DNA from: Candidatus Enterousia sp.
GTDB lineage: Bacteria > Pseudomonadota > Alphaproteobacteria > Rs-D84
NCBI GenBank assembly: GCA_045651525.1
Contig: JAZRSO010000031.1
Location: 3,219 to 67,218 of the forward strand
Reading direction: 5' to 3'
Length of the DNA: 64,000 bases
The translations under genes and the position numbers were made by a program. Below, in pieces: positions 41,924 through 49,894 of this stretch (position 1 is the stretch's first letter; each line of letters begins with the position of its first letter). The notes under the pieces were generated by a model. It did no database searches. It saw only the letters and a program-made list of their open reading frames with translations, and was not told where the DNA came from.

Positions 41924-42104
41924 ATGTTTCTCCTTTCATTTATTTCTAAAGGTGTTCGCAGTTTTTGCACATCCACATAATCTGTATTGCAAGTATTCTG
42001 TGAACATTTCCTGTACTGCTTGTCCGAATCGTAGAGAATTCTGCCCTTTAAGTCAAGCACATAATTAAAAAACCGCAAAAAACCGCATTGTTGACAAAAA
42101 TCTA

Positions 42105-42587
42105 TTACTTCATATCGTGTATTTTGTTGATGTTTTCCATACGTGCATTCTTAGACGTCGCATCGCACAAAACCCAATCGCCAGTCAGACCGTCAACATG
42201 AACAAAACGAAAGGAATCCGGGGTTTTCATCAGCATAAACACAACAACACATGCCCAAAATAGTAACTTGGTATACCCCCATGGATTTTTATATACACCA
42301 CGATCAAATTTATCTTTTAACAAGTTTTGATACAATGCCCATGCCCATACCGCAATCAACACCAATGTCGCAAAAACCAAACCAATATGAATCGGCTTTT
42401 TTATATTCATCAGCATATGCGCCGCAGACGTCCACGCCGATTCACCCACAGGACATACAAATAATGCGTTTGGCGGAATATCGCCAACAGATACAGGTAC
42501 AGCATTCGGATTTAGCCTTACATCAAATGCAACCATTAAAATAATTGCGACAGTTGCCATAATCGCAAACATCATTGTCTGTTTCAT
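42105..42587 (-). CDS. integral membrane protein (hypothetical, about 4 TM)
   Basis: 160 aa with four hydrophobic segments and no recognisable motif. Confidence 0.55.
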   Translation of the reverse strand: MKQTMMFAIMATVAIILMVAFDVRLNPNAVPVSVGDIPPNALFVCPVGESAWTSAAHMLMNIKKPIHIGLVFATLVLIAVWAWALYQNLLKDKFDRGVYKNPWGYTKLLFWACVVVFMLMKTPDSFRFVHVDGLTGDWVLCDATSKNARMENINKIHDMK

Positions 42588-42678
42588 GGTTATATTCCTT
42601 TGTATATTTTACAAATGTTATTATATCACAAACAACTATGTGATTGCAATTTTAGAAAGTTTTTTTTAAACTTTTTTT

Positions 42679-43491
42679 ATGTGGCGCAAAAAAGTAAATC
42701 TTGTCGTTGGGTTAACAACCTGTAATATTGAGTGCTTGAGTATATCAATTCCTGCACTGGGGCGACTGTGTAAAAACTTTACATTAATTATACATAACGA
42801 TAACCCTGACATAAAATTAAAACACAAGTATATAAGAAAACTGGGCTATCGTGGCAATCTGCATATTATCAATTCAGACTTTAATATTGGATTGTTGGCG
42901 TCTAGATGCACAATCCTAAAATATATAAAAGATAAAAAGCTTATAAATACTTGGACTGTATTTATAGATGATGATGACGTATTACTGGATACAACCATCC
43001 CAAGTGTTAATGATAACACTTTTGCAATCGTGCAGAATGCCGCAATCATACGAACACAGTTGGTTGATGTTTTGCGCGCATCAAAGTATGGCAAATACAA
43101 CATTGATAATGAAAATACTTTTCTGGCACAGCCACATATTGGCATAACTGGCACAATTATCAAAACACGGTATCTGATACAATGGTATGACATTACCAAA
43201 GAACATGCAGACACAATATCTGATATAAACGAAAGTATTTCTTTCCGTATTCCTGTTGATTTAATAATGTGGTCTGGGGTAAATACAATCGCAACAAATG
43301 CAGGTATGTCATCAATCTATATGGACAGGGTTAATTATATCGTATCAGACATTGATACAGCAAAAACAAAATATGGCAAGCCGATTGCACCAACATCAAA
43401 TGCAAAAAAGCAAATTAAAAGCGTTATTTCAAAATATGATGCCATTATCAAAGGTGCCTTGAACGCAGCCGCCCCAGCGGGGCAAGATTAA
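42679..43491 (+). CDS. hypothetical protein, possibly a GT-A fold glycosyltransferase
   Basis: 270 aa. An early beta-strand LVVGLTT and an acidic FIDDDDVLL (DxD-like) are the only hints. Confidence 0.4.
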   Translation: MWRKKVNLVVGLTTCNIECLSISIPALGRLCKNFTLIIHNDNPDIKLKHKYIRKLGYRGNLHIINSDFNIGLLASRCTILKYIKDKKLINTWTVFIDDDDVLLDTTIPSVNDNTFAIVQNAAIIRTQLVDVLRASKYGKYNIDNENTFLAQPHIGITGTIIKTRYLIQWYDITKEHADTISDINESISFRIPVDLIMWSGVNTIATNAGMSSIYMDRVNYIVSDIDTAKTKYGKPIAPTSNAKKQIKSVISKYDAIIKGALNAAAPAGQD

Positions 43492-43581
43492 ACGTACACT
43501 TTTTTTCACAAAAATAAATTATCTGATTGAAACACACGGGGAATATTTATACAATACCCCCGACAATAAAGGAATAACATT

Positions 43582-45660
43582 ATGACATACGATGAAATAA
43601 GAAAAGTATTTTTAAATTATTTTGAATCGCGCGGGCATAAAATTGTGCCATCTGCGTCCTTGATTCCAAACGACCCAACACTGTTATTTACTGTGGCGGG
43701 CATGGTTCCATGGAAGGGTATTTTACAAGGCACAGAACCTGCGTTCGCACCACGTGTTGCAGACGTTCAAAAATGTATTCGCGCAGGCGGTAAACATAAC
43801 GACTTGGAAGACGTCGGCTTTGACGGCCGCCATCACACGTTCTTTGAAATGCTGGGCAACTGGTCTTTTGGCGATTACTTTAAAGAAGGCGCAATTGAAA
43901 TGTCCTGGGAAGTTTTGACCAAGGTCATCGGTCTGGACCCAAATCGCATTGTTGTTACAACGCATTACAGCGACGAAGAAGCAATTAAAATCTGGAAGAA
44001 AGTTGCTGGCAAAGATGCTATTTTACTGGGCGACAAAGATAACTGGTGGTCTGCGGGCGATACAGGTCCATGTGGCCCATGTACAGAAATGCACTATGAC
44101 CTGGGCGAAGATATGCCAGGCGGTCTGCCAGGCACACCAGACGAAGACGGCGGACGCTTTGTTGAAATCTGGAACGATGTATTTATGCAGTACGACAGGG
44201 ACGCAAACGGTAATTTAACACCACTGCCAAAACAAAATGTCGATACAGGCGCGGGCTTGGAACGCTGGGCATCAATTTTACAAGGCAAGACAGATAACTA
44301 TGACACTGATTTGTTCCAAAGCATTATGAGTGCAACAGAAAGCATTGTCGGCACACAACGCAATGCTGATAACATTTCCAGCTTTAAGGTTATTGCCGAC
44401 CATCTGCGCTGTGTTGGTTTTGCAATCGCAGACGGTGTTATTCCATCAAACACAGACCGTGGCTATGTAATTCGCAGAATATTACGTCGCGCAATGCGTC
44501 ATGGGCAAATCTTGGGTCATCGTGGGGCGCTGTTATCAAAACTGTACCCTGCCCTGATTACTGAAATGGGTGCGGCATATCCAGAACTGGAACGCGAAGA
44601 AAAACGTGTTGTTGAAATCATTCAAAACGAAGAAAACGCATTCGCAGATATGTTGCAAAACGGTATGAAATTGTTGGAAAGCGAATTACCAAAACTGAAC
44701 AACAATGTTCTGCCAGGCGATGTTGCGTTTAAACTGTTTGATACATATGGCTTCCCATTGGATTTAACACAAATGATTTTGCGCGACAAAAACATTGATG
44801 TTGATGTTGCTGGATTTGAAAAATCAATGGCAGAACAAAAAGAACGTTCCCGTGCAAATACCAAGGGAACACGCATATTCTGGGAATCACAAACAGATTT
44901 GCAAAATACGGACGATGTGGCGAAATACGCACCAGTTGATATGGAATCGCGCGTATTGTCAATTCTGCGTAACGGCGAATTCGTAGAATCCGCAGATTCT
45001 GGGGACGAAGTCGAAGTTGCACTGGATAAAACAAACTTTTACGGCACCCAGGGCGGTCAGACTGGCGACAGCGGCGAATTAAAGATTGATGGCAAAACCG
45101 TCATGACCGTGGCCGAGGCTGGACGTGTTGACAATGTCGTTATTCACAAGGGCGTATTAAATGAAAAACTGTCTGTGGGCGACGTGGTTACCCCTGTCAT
45201 AAACACAAATGTACGTCAGCAAACTGCACGCGCGCATACGGCGACACACTTGTTACAGGCGGCGTTACGTGCGGTACTGAACGAAGACGTGCAACAACGC
45301 GGATCCAAGGTTGCACCTGATTCCGTTCGATTTGACTTTTCATTTGGTCGTGCGATGACCACAGATGAAAAACAGGCTGTTGAAGACTTGATAAACCAAT
45401 GGATTGCGGCAGATATGACCGTTACACACGAAGAAATGTCCATGGATGACGCGGTTAAACGTGGCGCGATGGCACTGTTTGGCGAAAAATACGGCGATAT
45501 GGTTCGTGTTATTACTGCGGGCGATGTTTCATGCGAATTGTGTGGCGGAACACATATACACCACACAGGCGAGATATTAAAGGCACGCATAAACAAAGAA
45601 AAATCTATCAGCAGTGGTATCAGACGAATAACAATGTCTGTTGGAACACTGGCCGAATAA
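43582..45660 (+). CDS. alaS: alanine--tRNA ligase, short form lacking the C-Ala domain
   Basis: Class II catalytic core and editing-domain motifs HTATHLL and CGGTHI. Ends at ..SSGIRRITMSVGTLAE (692 aa). Confidence 0.92.
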   Translation: MTYDEIRKVFLNYFESRGHKIVPSASLIPNDPTLLFTVAGMVPWKGILQGTEPAFAPRVADVQKCIRAGGKHNDLEDVGFDGRHHTFFEMLGNWSFGDYFKEGAIEMSWEVLTKVIGLDPNRIVVTTHYSDEEAIKIWKKVAGKDAILLGDKDNWWSAGDTGPCGPCTEMHYDLGEDMPGGLPGTPDEDGGRFVEIWNDVFMQYDRDANGNLTPLPKQNVDTGAGLERWASILQGKTDNYDTDLFQSIMSATESIVGTQRNADNISSFKVIADHLRCVGFAIADGVIPSNTDRGYVIRRILRRAMRHGQILGHRGALLSKLYPALITEMGAAYPELEREEKRVVEIIQNEENAFADMLQNGMKLLESELPKLNNNVLPGDVAFKLFDTYGFPLDLTQMILRDKNIDVDVAGFEKSMAEQKERSRANTKGTRIFWESQTDLQNTDDVAKYAPVDMESRVLSILRNGEFVESADSGDEVEVALDKTNFYGTQGGQTGDSGELKIDGKTVMTVAEAGRVDNVVIHKGVLNEKLSVGDVVTPVINTNVRQQTARAHTATHLLQAALRAVLNEDVQQRGSKVAPDSVRFDFSFGRAMTTDEKQAVEDLINQWIAADMTVTHEEMSMDDAVKRGAMALFGEKYGDMVRVITAGDVSCELCGGTHIHHTGEILKARINKEKSISSGIRRITMSVGTLAE

Positions 45661-45740
45661 ACCAAAACCGCCGTTTGGCGGTTTTATTTTACCTGGGTCC
45701 TGGGGTCATCCGCCCAAGGCGGGAATCCAATGCGCCGCAA

Positions 45741-46085
45741 ACAGTTAAACCCACCCCGTCACTGCGTGACACCCCTCCCCGCGGGGTGCGGAACGCACCG
45801 GCGTCGGAGGGGAACTTGTCACCGGTTTTAAGTTCTCCTCCCTGGGAGGAGTACGGCGTAGCCGGGAGGTGGGTATGACAATGTTTTTTATTTTCCTTGT
45901 CACGCCTATCGAAGACAGTTAAACCCACCCCGTCACTGCGTGACACCCCTCCCCGCGGGGTGCGGAACGCACCAGCGTCGGAGGGGAACATGTCACCGGT
46001 TTTAAGTTCTCCTCCCTGGGAGGAGTACGGCGCAGCCGGGAGGTGGGTATGACAATGTTTTTTGTTTTCCTTGTCACGCCTATCG
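45741..46085 (+). repeat. two tandem copies of a 174-bp GC-rich palindromic element (R1)
   Basis: Unit starts at 45741 and 45915. There are nested hairpins (gtcac/gtgac, cccctcc/ggagggg, ggtgcg/cgcacc, ctcctcc/ggaggag) enclosed by cccacc../..ggtggg. Confidence 0.9.
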
Positions 46086-46091
46086 CTCATC

Positions 46092-46197
46092 TTTGTCACT
46101 CCTGCGTAGGCAGGAGTGGGACCGTGCAGTGTGAGCGTAGCGAGCCAAAATAACACATATTACACATGTTTGAATATTGTAAATTTCATAGACCCTA
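46092..46197 (+). repeat. about 106-bp repeat R2, copy 1
   Basis: gtcactcctgcgtaggcaggagtggga..gtgagcgtagcgagccaaaataa..tttgaatattgtaaatttcatagaccctat. Second copy at 48674..48780. Confidence 0.9.
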
Positions 46198-46286
46198 TCC
46201 CTGCCTTCGCAGGGATGACAAAAAACTATGCTAGGCGTGACAAAATACACATTCGCTAGGCGTGACAATTGTGTTTCTTCGGTATT

Positions 46287-46850
46287 TTATTCCGCAACCT
46301 GTACCGTATCGTCATATACAGAATAGACAGTTCCCTTGTAACGTATTTTCAGCTTTTTATCTGTATCTTTGTTCATTGGCACATCGGCTGTGGTTATATT
46401 ACCAAACAAATCAGCCACACCGTCATGATTGGTATCAAAATGCAATGCAGGACTGGTGCGTTTCACAGGACTTAGATACATAATATCTTTGTCCACGTGC
46501 AGTTTTGCACCACTGCATTGTGAAACTTCCCACATACCGGTTGGGGCAGACGCACCATCTGGGCATGCGTTTATACCAACATCATCTGTTTCAGAATATG
46601 TATATTCGCCACCAGGGCAGAAATGATTTGCCGGACATATTACACATGTTTCAGATGTCCGTGGCAAATAATACCCACGTTCACAGGTGTAATTGGACGC
46701 CTCGAACACTGCGACAAATTGCATTGTGCCACTGGGGATAATATTGCACATTTTCGGCACAGTTTGTGTACCAATTGGCACAACAACATCAGCCAAGGCG
46801 ACGCTTGGCATAAAAATCATCAGCAATAACGCAATTTTCGATATAAACAT
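46287..46850 (-). CDS. secreted Cys-rich protein (shares its N-terminal module with the upstream gene)
   Basis: Signal peptide MFISKIALLLMIFMPSVALA. YTCERGYYLPRTSETCVICPANHFCPGGEY..ACPDG. Confidence 0.75.
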   Translation of the reverse strand: MFISKIALLLMIFMPSVALADVVVPIGTQTVPKMCNIIPSGTMQFVAVFEASNYTCERGYYLPRTSETCVICPANHFCPGGEYTYSETDDVGINACPDGASAPTGMWEVSQCSGAKLHVDKDIMYLSPVKRTSPALHFDTNHDGVADLFGNITTADVPMNKDTDKKLKIRYKGTVYSVYDDTVQVAE

Positions 46851-46900
46851 TTAATGTATCACGTATTCTGTGGGGAAAATCCCCACAGAATCACGATTTA

Positions 46901-48373
46901 TTATTGTGTTATCAGTTTCCAACCCTTGAATGTATAACCCGGTTTTGTTGGGATGTAATCAGGTACATTTACATCGCTACCATACAAACACATTCCAGAG
47001 ATATTTTCAGAACCATCATCAGGATTCCAATCAATACCTATCTTGTTCGCATCGCACATATATGTGATATAGGCGCTATGTGAATTAATATATGTTCCAA
47101 TAAGAATCGCTGCGTTCTTGAGCTCTAATACAAAATTTGTCAAATCATTCTTAGCAGCAACATACATCAAAAAAACATTTAAGCTAGAGATTGCTGAATC
47201 GTGTGCACAGCCTGTGTTACAGGCTTCCATATCTCCATCAAAATTTATATCACTGCCTTCATGTCGTATATCAAGATCTGACATAGGTGTATCATTAACA
47301 TTTGTGTACGTGGTATAGCACATATGTGCCTCGTCCGATGCGTCACATTCGGATTTACCGGATATACTGATTTCCCACCGTGGACTAAATATGAACCAAT
47401 CTCCATTTTGTGCTGATTCACGAAACGCCGCCAATTCAGGACTTTGCTGTGCAGCAATATCGCAATCTATCTTTTCTCCTGCTAAGCTCGATAAAAGAAA
47501 ATTAGCAGTGCGTATATATTCTGCCTGTTGACAAGTTTCTTTCCCGAAACCATCCTTGCTATATAAATAGCCATCGCTTGGCAATTGATTAACATTTTCA
47601 TCAACAAAAGCCTGAGCAAGTGTTTCGAATGGTTGCCAAAAGCCATTCATTCGTTCTGGATGCTGTACATTGTCAATAGCAACTTTAACTTGTAATTGTA
47701 CTTCATTTGAAAACGAATTATAAATCGATTCCCAATTATTATACAGCTCTGACTTTGCTTCTTCCAGCATTTCTGGGGTATAGTCTTCTGCGCTTCCGCC
47801 ATTTACATTAACCAATACTTGTACCAGTTGTTCATCTGTTAAATCTGGGCGTTTGTGATAGCCCGTATCGCATTGAAAGCTTAATGAACATATTGGTGAC
47901 GTGGCATCGCACGAACCGCCATAAAAATGTTTACCAGACGCTGTTTCATTACCGTGGGTAACGTTTATTGCGTGTAACGGTACAGGCTGTTGTGTACATG
48001 TCGCAGAACATCCCTGGTAACAATCGTTTTGACTGTCAGAACCACCAACTGATGATGCATAATCAGTGGGGCATTGGTATGTGCCTTTTTCTTCGCTTTC
48101 AACTGTAAAAATACCACCTGGACAGTATGAGCCACTGGCACATGGGGTACATGCAATGTTTTCACCGTCAACCATTAAATATTGACCCGCCGGACAGTCA
48201 TATTCATTCAATGACCATGTCGCAATAGTGTTCGCAGTTGCACCATTTTCTGCTGTACCCAAAACATCTGCGTTACAAGTGCCGGCGCCACCTGTAATGA
48301 TTTCATCGTCTGCATACGCAGTGCCGATAACACCAATTGCAAACATTGTGTATAAAATATTCTGTAATCGCAT
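46901..48373 (-). CDS. secreted Cys-rich protein with a C-terminal Listeria-Bacteroides-type repeat
   Basis: Start ATG 48373 (SD AAAGGAA) gives signal peptide MRLQNILYTMFAIGVIGTAYA. YDCPAGQYLMVDGENIACTPCASGSYCPGG. C-terminus CLYGSDVNVPDYIPTKPGYTFKGWKL. Confidence 0.8.
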   Translation of the reverse strand: MRLQNILYTMFAIGVIGTAYADDEIITGGAGTCNADVLGTAENGATANTIATWSLNEYDCPAGQYLMVDGENIACTPCASGSYCPGGIFTVESEEKGTYQCPTDYASSVGGSDSQNDCYQGCSATCTQQPVPLHAINVTHGNETASGKHFYGGSCDATSPICSLSFQCDTGYHKRPDLTDEQLVQVLVNVNGGSAEDYTPEMLEEAKSELYNNWESIYNSFSNEVQLQVKVAIDNVQHPERMNGFWQPFETLAQAFVDENVNQLPSDGYLYSKDGFGKETCQQAEYIRTANFLLSSLAGEKIDCDIAAQQSPELAAFRESAQNGDWFIFSPRWEISISGKSECDASDEAHMCYTTYTNVNDTPMSDLDIRHEGSDINFDGDMEACNTGCAHDSAISSLNVFLMYVAAKNDLTNFVLELKNAAILIGTYINSHSAYITYMCDANKIGIDWNPDDGSENISGMCLYGSDVNVPDYIPTKPGYTFKGWKLITQ

Positions 48374-48397
48374 ATTCCTTTCCTTTCGTTTTTTTGT

Positions 48398-48440
48398 AAA
48401 AAAAACAGACCAATGACGCCATTTATGCGTCATTGGTCTG
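48398..48440 (-). terminator. intrinsic terminator hairpin inside the 5' leader of the 46901..48373 gene
   Basis: Minus strand: cagaccaatgacgc-ataaatg-gcgtcattggtctg (14-bp perfect stem) + T8, ending 24 nt before the ATG. Confidence 0.65.
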
Positions 48441-48493
48441 TTACCAAACGCGAACATACGTTCGCGTAAATTTTACCCGGCAGGGTTATTCCC

Positions 48494-48513
48494 CTCTCTC
48501 TCTCTCTCTCTCT
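48494..48513. repeat. dinucleotide microsatellite (CT)10, which is (AG)10 on the gene strand
   Basis: ctctctctctctctctctct, about 120 nt upstream of ATG 48373. Confidence 0.97.
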
Positions 48514-48673
48514 AGATTTCTGCACTTTTTGAACATTGTGTCAGCCCCACCGTTGTTTTATTTATTTCCTGTATAAAAATTGTACTATTTTATGGGAATT
48601 TAAATCAACTGTTTTTTGTTACCGGTAAGAAAATATTGTCATTCCTGCGTCCCCTTTGTCATTCCTGCCCCCT

Positions 48674-48780
48674 TTTGCCACTCCTGCGAAGGCAGGAGTG
48701 GGACTATACAGTGTGAGCGTAGCGAGCCAAAATAATACATATTACACACGTTTGAATATTGTAAATTTCATAGACCCTAT
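48674..48780 (+). repeat. repeat R2, copy 2
   Basis: Same orientation as 46092..46197, with a few substitutions. Confidence 0.9.
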
Positions 48781-48853
48781 TCGCTTCGCGGCACTTCGTA
48801 GTCCTGCCTGCGCAGCAATGACAAAGAAGAAAGTAGGAATGACAAGAAAAAAC

Positions 48854-49122
48854 AAACCCACCCCGTCACTGCGTGACACCCCTCCCCGCGGGGTGCGAAA
48901 CGCACCGGCGTCAGAGGGGAACTTGTACACAGGTTTTAAGTTCTCCTCCCTGGGAGGAGTACGGCGCAGCCGGGAGGTGGGTATGACAGAGTTTTTTTGT
49001 TTTCCTTGTCACGCCTATCGAAGACAGTTAAACCCACCCCGTCACTGCGTGGCACCCCTCCCCGCGGGGTGAGGGACGCACCGGCGTCGGAGGGGGACTT
49101 GTCACCCGGTTTAAGTTCTCCT
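48854..49122 (+). repeat. R1 copies 3 (full) and 4 (truncated)
   Basis: aaacccaccccgtcactgcgtgacacccctccccgcgggg.. recurs at 48854 and 49030. Copy 4 stops after ..ggtttaagttctcct. Confidence 0.9.
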
Positions 49123-49258
49123 GCCTGCGCTAGGCGTTACAAAACGTGCCTACGAAATGTCGTAAAAAAAATCCCCATTTCGGTTTTTTTACACAGAATA
49201 AACCGTTGACAATCTGTGTATTTGTGCTACAACAATATCAGAAAAAAAGGATACCATT

Positions 49259-49873
49259 ATGCCACGATATACCGAAGCGTATAAAATTTCTGTATTAAAA
49301 CGCACAAAAGTCGTAGGGGTAAGCGCTGCGTCCAAGGAAAAAAACCTGCCGATGAAGACTATTCTGCGTTGGAACTATATTTATCACATTTATCACAAAA
49401 TGGAATTGCGCACCTTTACAGATGAAGAAAAAATCAAAATTTTAAAGTATGCTAATAAATACGGTATGACATCCGCAATGCGTAAGTATAACGTTGATGT
49501 GGCAACCCAACGCGTGTGGAATAAAAAATTTAATATCTATAAAAAAACTGGCAGACGTACAAAAGCAACCTACAAGAAAAAATATAAACATTACAACACT
49601 GAATACAAAATGGAAGTGTTGTTGTTTACAAAACAATATGGTATCAGCAAGGCTGGTCGTAAATATAATCTGCCGGCATCTACGATAAAGTCGTGGAATG
49701 CCGAATTAAAAGTTTACACACCACGCAAACACCGCACTTTTACCGACAGCAAAAAAGCAGAAATCATCCAATTCGCCACAGAAAATTCTGTGGCACAGGC
49801 TGCAAAAAAATACAACCTGGGCAGCGGGTACATCAATAATTGGATAAAAGATTTAACACAAAATAAAAAATAA
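49259..49873 (+). CDS. protein made of four tandem transposase-OrfA/Psq-type HTH modules, with no catalytic domain
   Basis: Four repeats of about 45-50 aa: (Y/F)T.E.K..(I/V)L......G.S.A.RKYN(L/V)...T...WN. Examples are FTDEEKIKILKYANKYGMTSAMRKYNVDVATQRVWN and YNTEYKMEVLLFTKQYGISKAGRKYNLPASTIKSWN. Confidence 0.7.
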   Translation: MPRYTEAYKISVLKRTKVVGVSAASKEKNLPMKTILRWNYIYHIYHKMELRTFTDEEKIKILKYANKYGMTSAMRKYNVDVATQRVWNKKFNIYKKTGRRTKATYKKKYKHYNTEYKMEVLLFTKQYGISKAGRKYNLPASTIKSWNAELKVYTPRKHRTFTDSKKAEIIQFATENSVAQAAKKYNLGSGYINNWIKDLTQNKK

Positions 49874-49894
49874 AAATCCCCGTTTGGGGATTTT

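Noticed and set aside
45689-46156. 155-aa minus-strand ORF, plus-strand ORFs 45531..45878 and 48656..49072, and the repeated peptide KPTPSLRDTPPRGVRNAPASEG
   Set aside because: These run through the GC-rich R1/R2 palindromes and are open on both strands. They have no SD, and the repetition is explained by the DNA repeat. I treat them as a by-product of the repeats rather than genes.
46851-46900. 11-bp perfect hairpin (ttctgtgggga-aaa-tccccacagaa) between the two Cys-rich genes as a terminator
   Set aside because: No U-tract follows it on the gene strand. It is more likely an intercistronic stabiliser or processing hairpin, and there is not enough evidence to call a feature.
48374-48457. 28-aa N-terminal extension of the 518-aa track ORF (MFAFGNRPMTHKWRHW..)
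   Set aside because: The extension is encoded by the terminator hairpin and its T8 run. The internal ATG 48373 has a good SD and yields a canonical signal peptide.
45741-49122. R1/R2 arrays as a possible CRISPR array
   Set aside because: The units are 174 bp and contiguous with no unique spacers. The repeats are long and internally palindromic, and there are no cas genes in the window.
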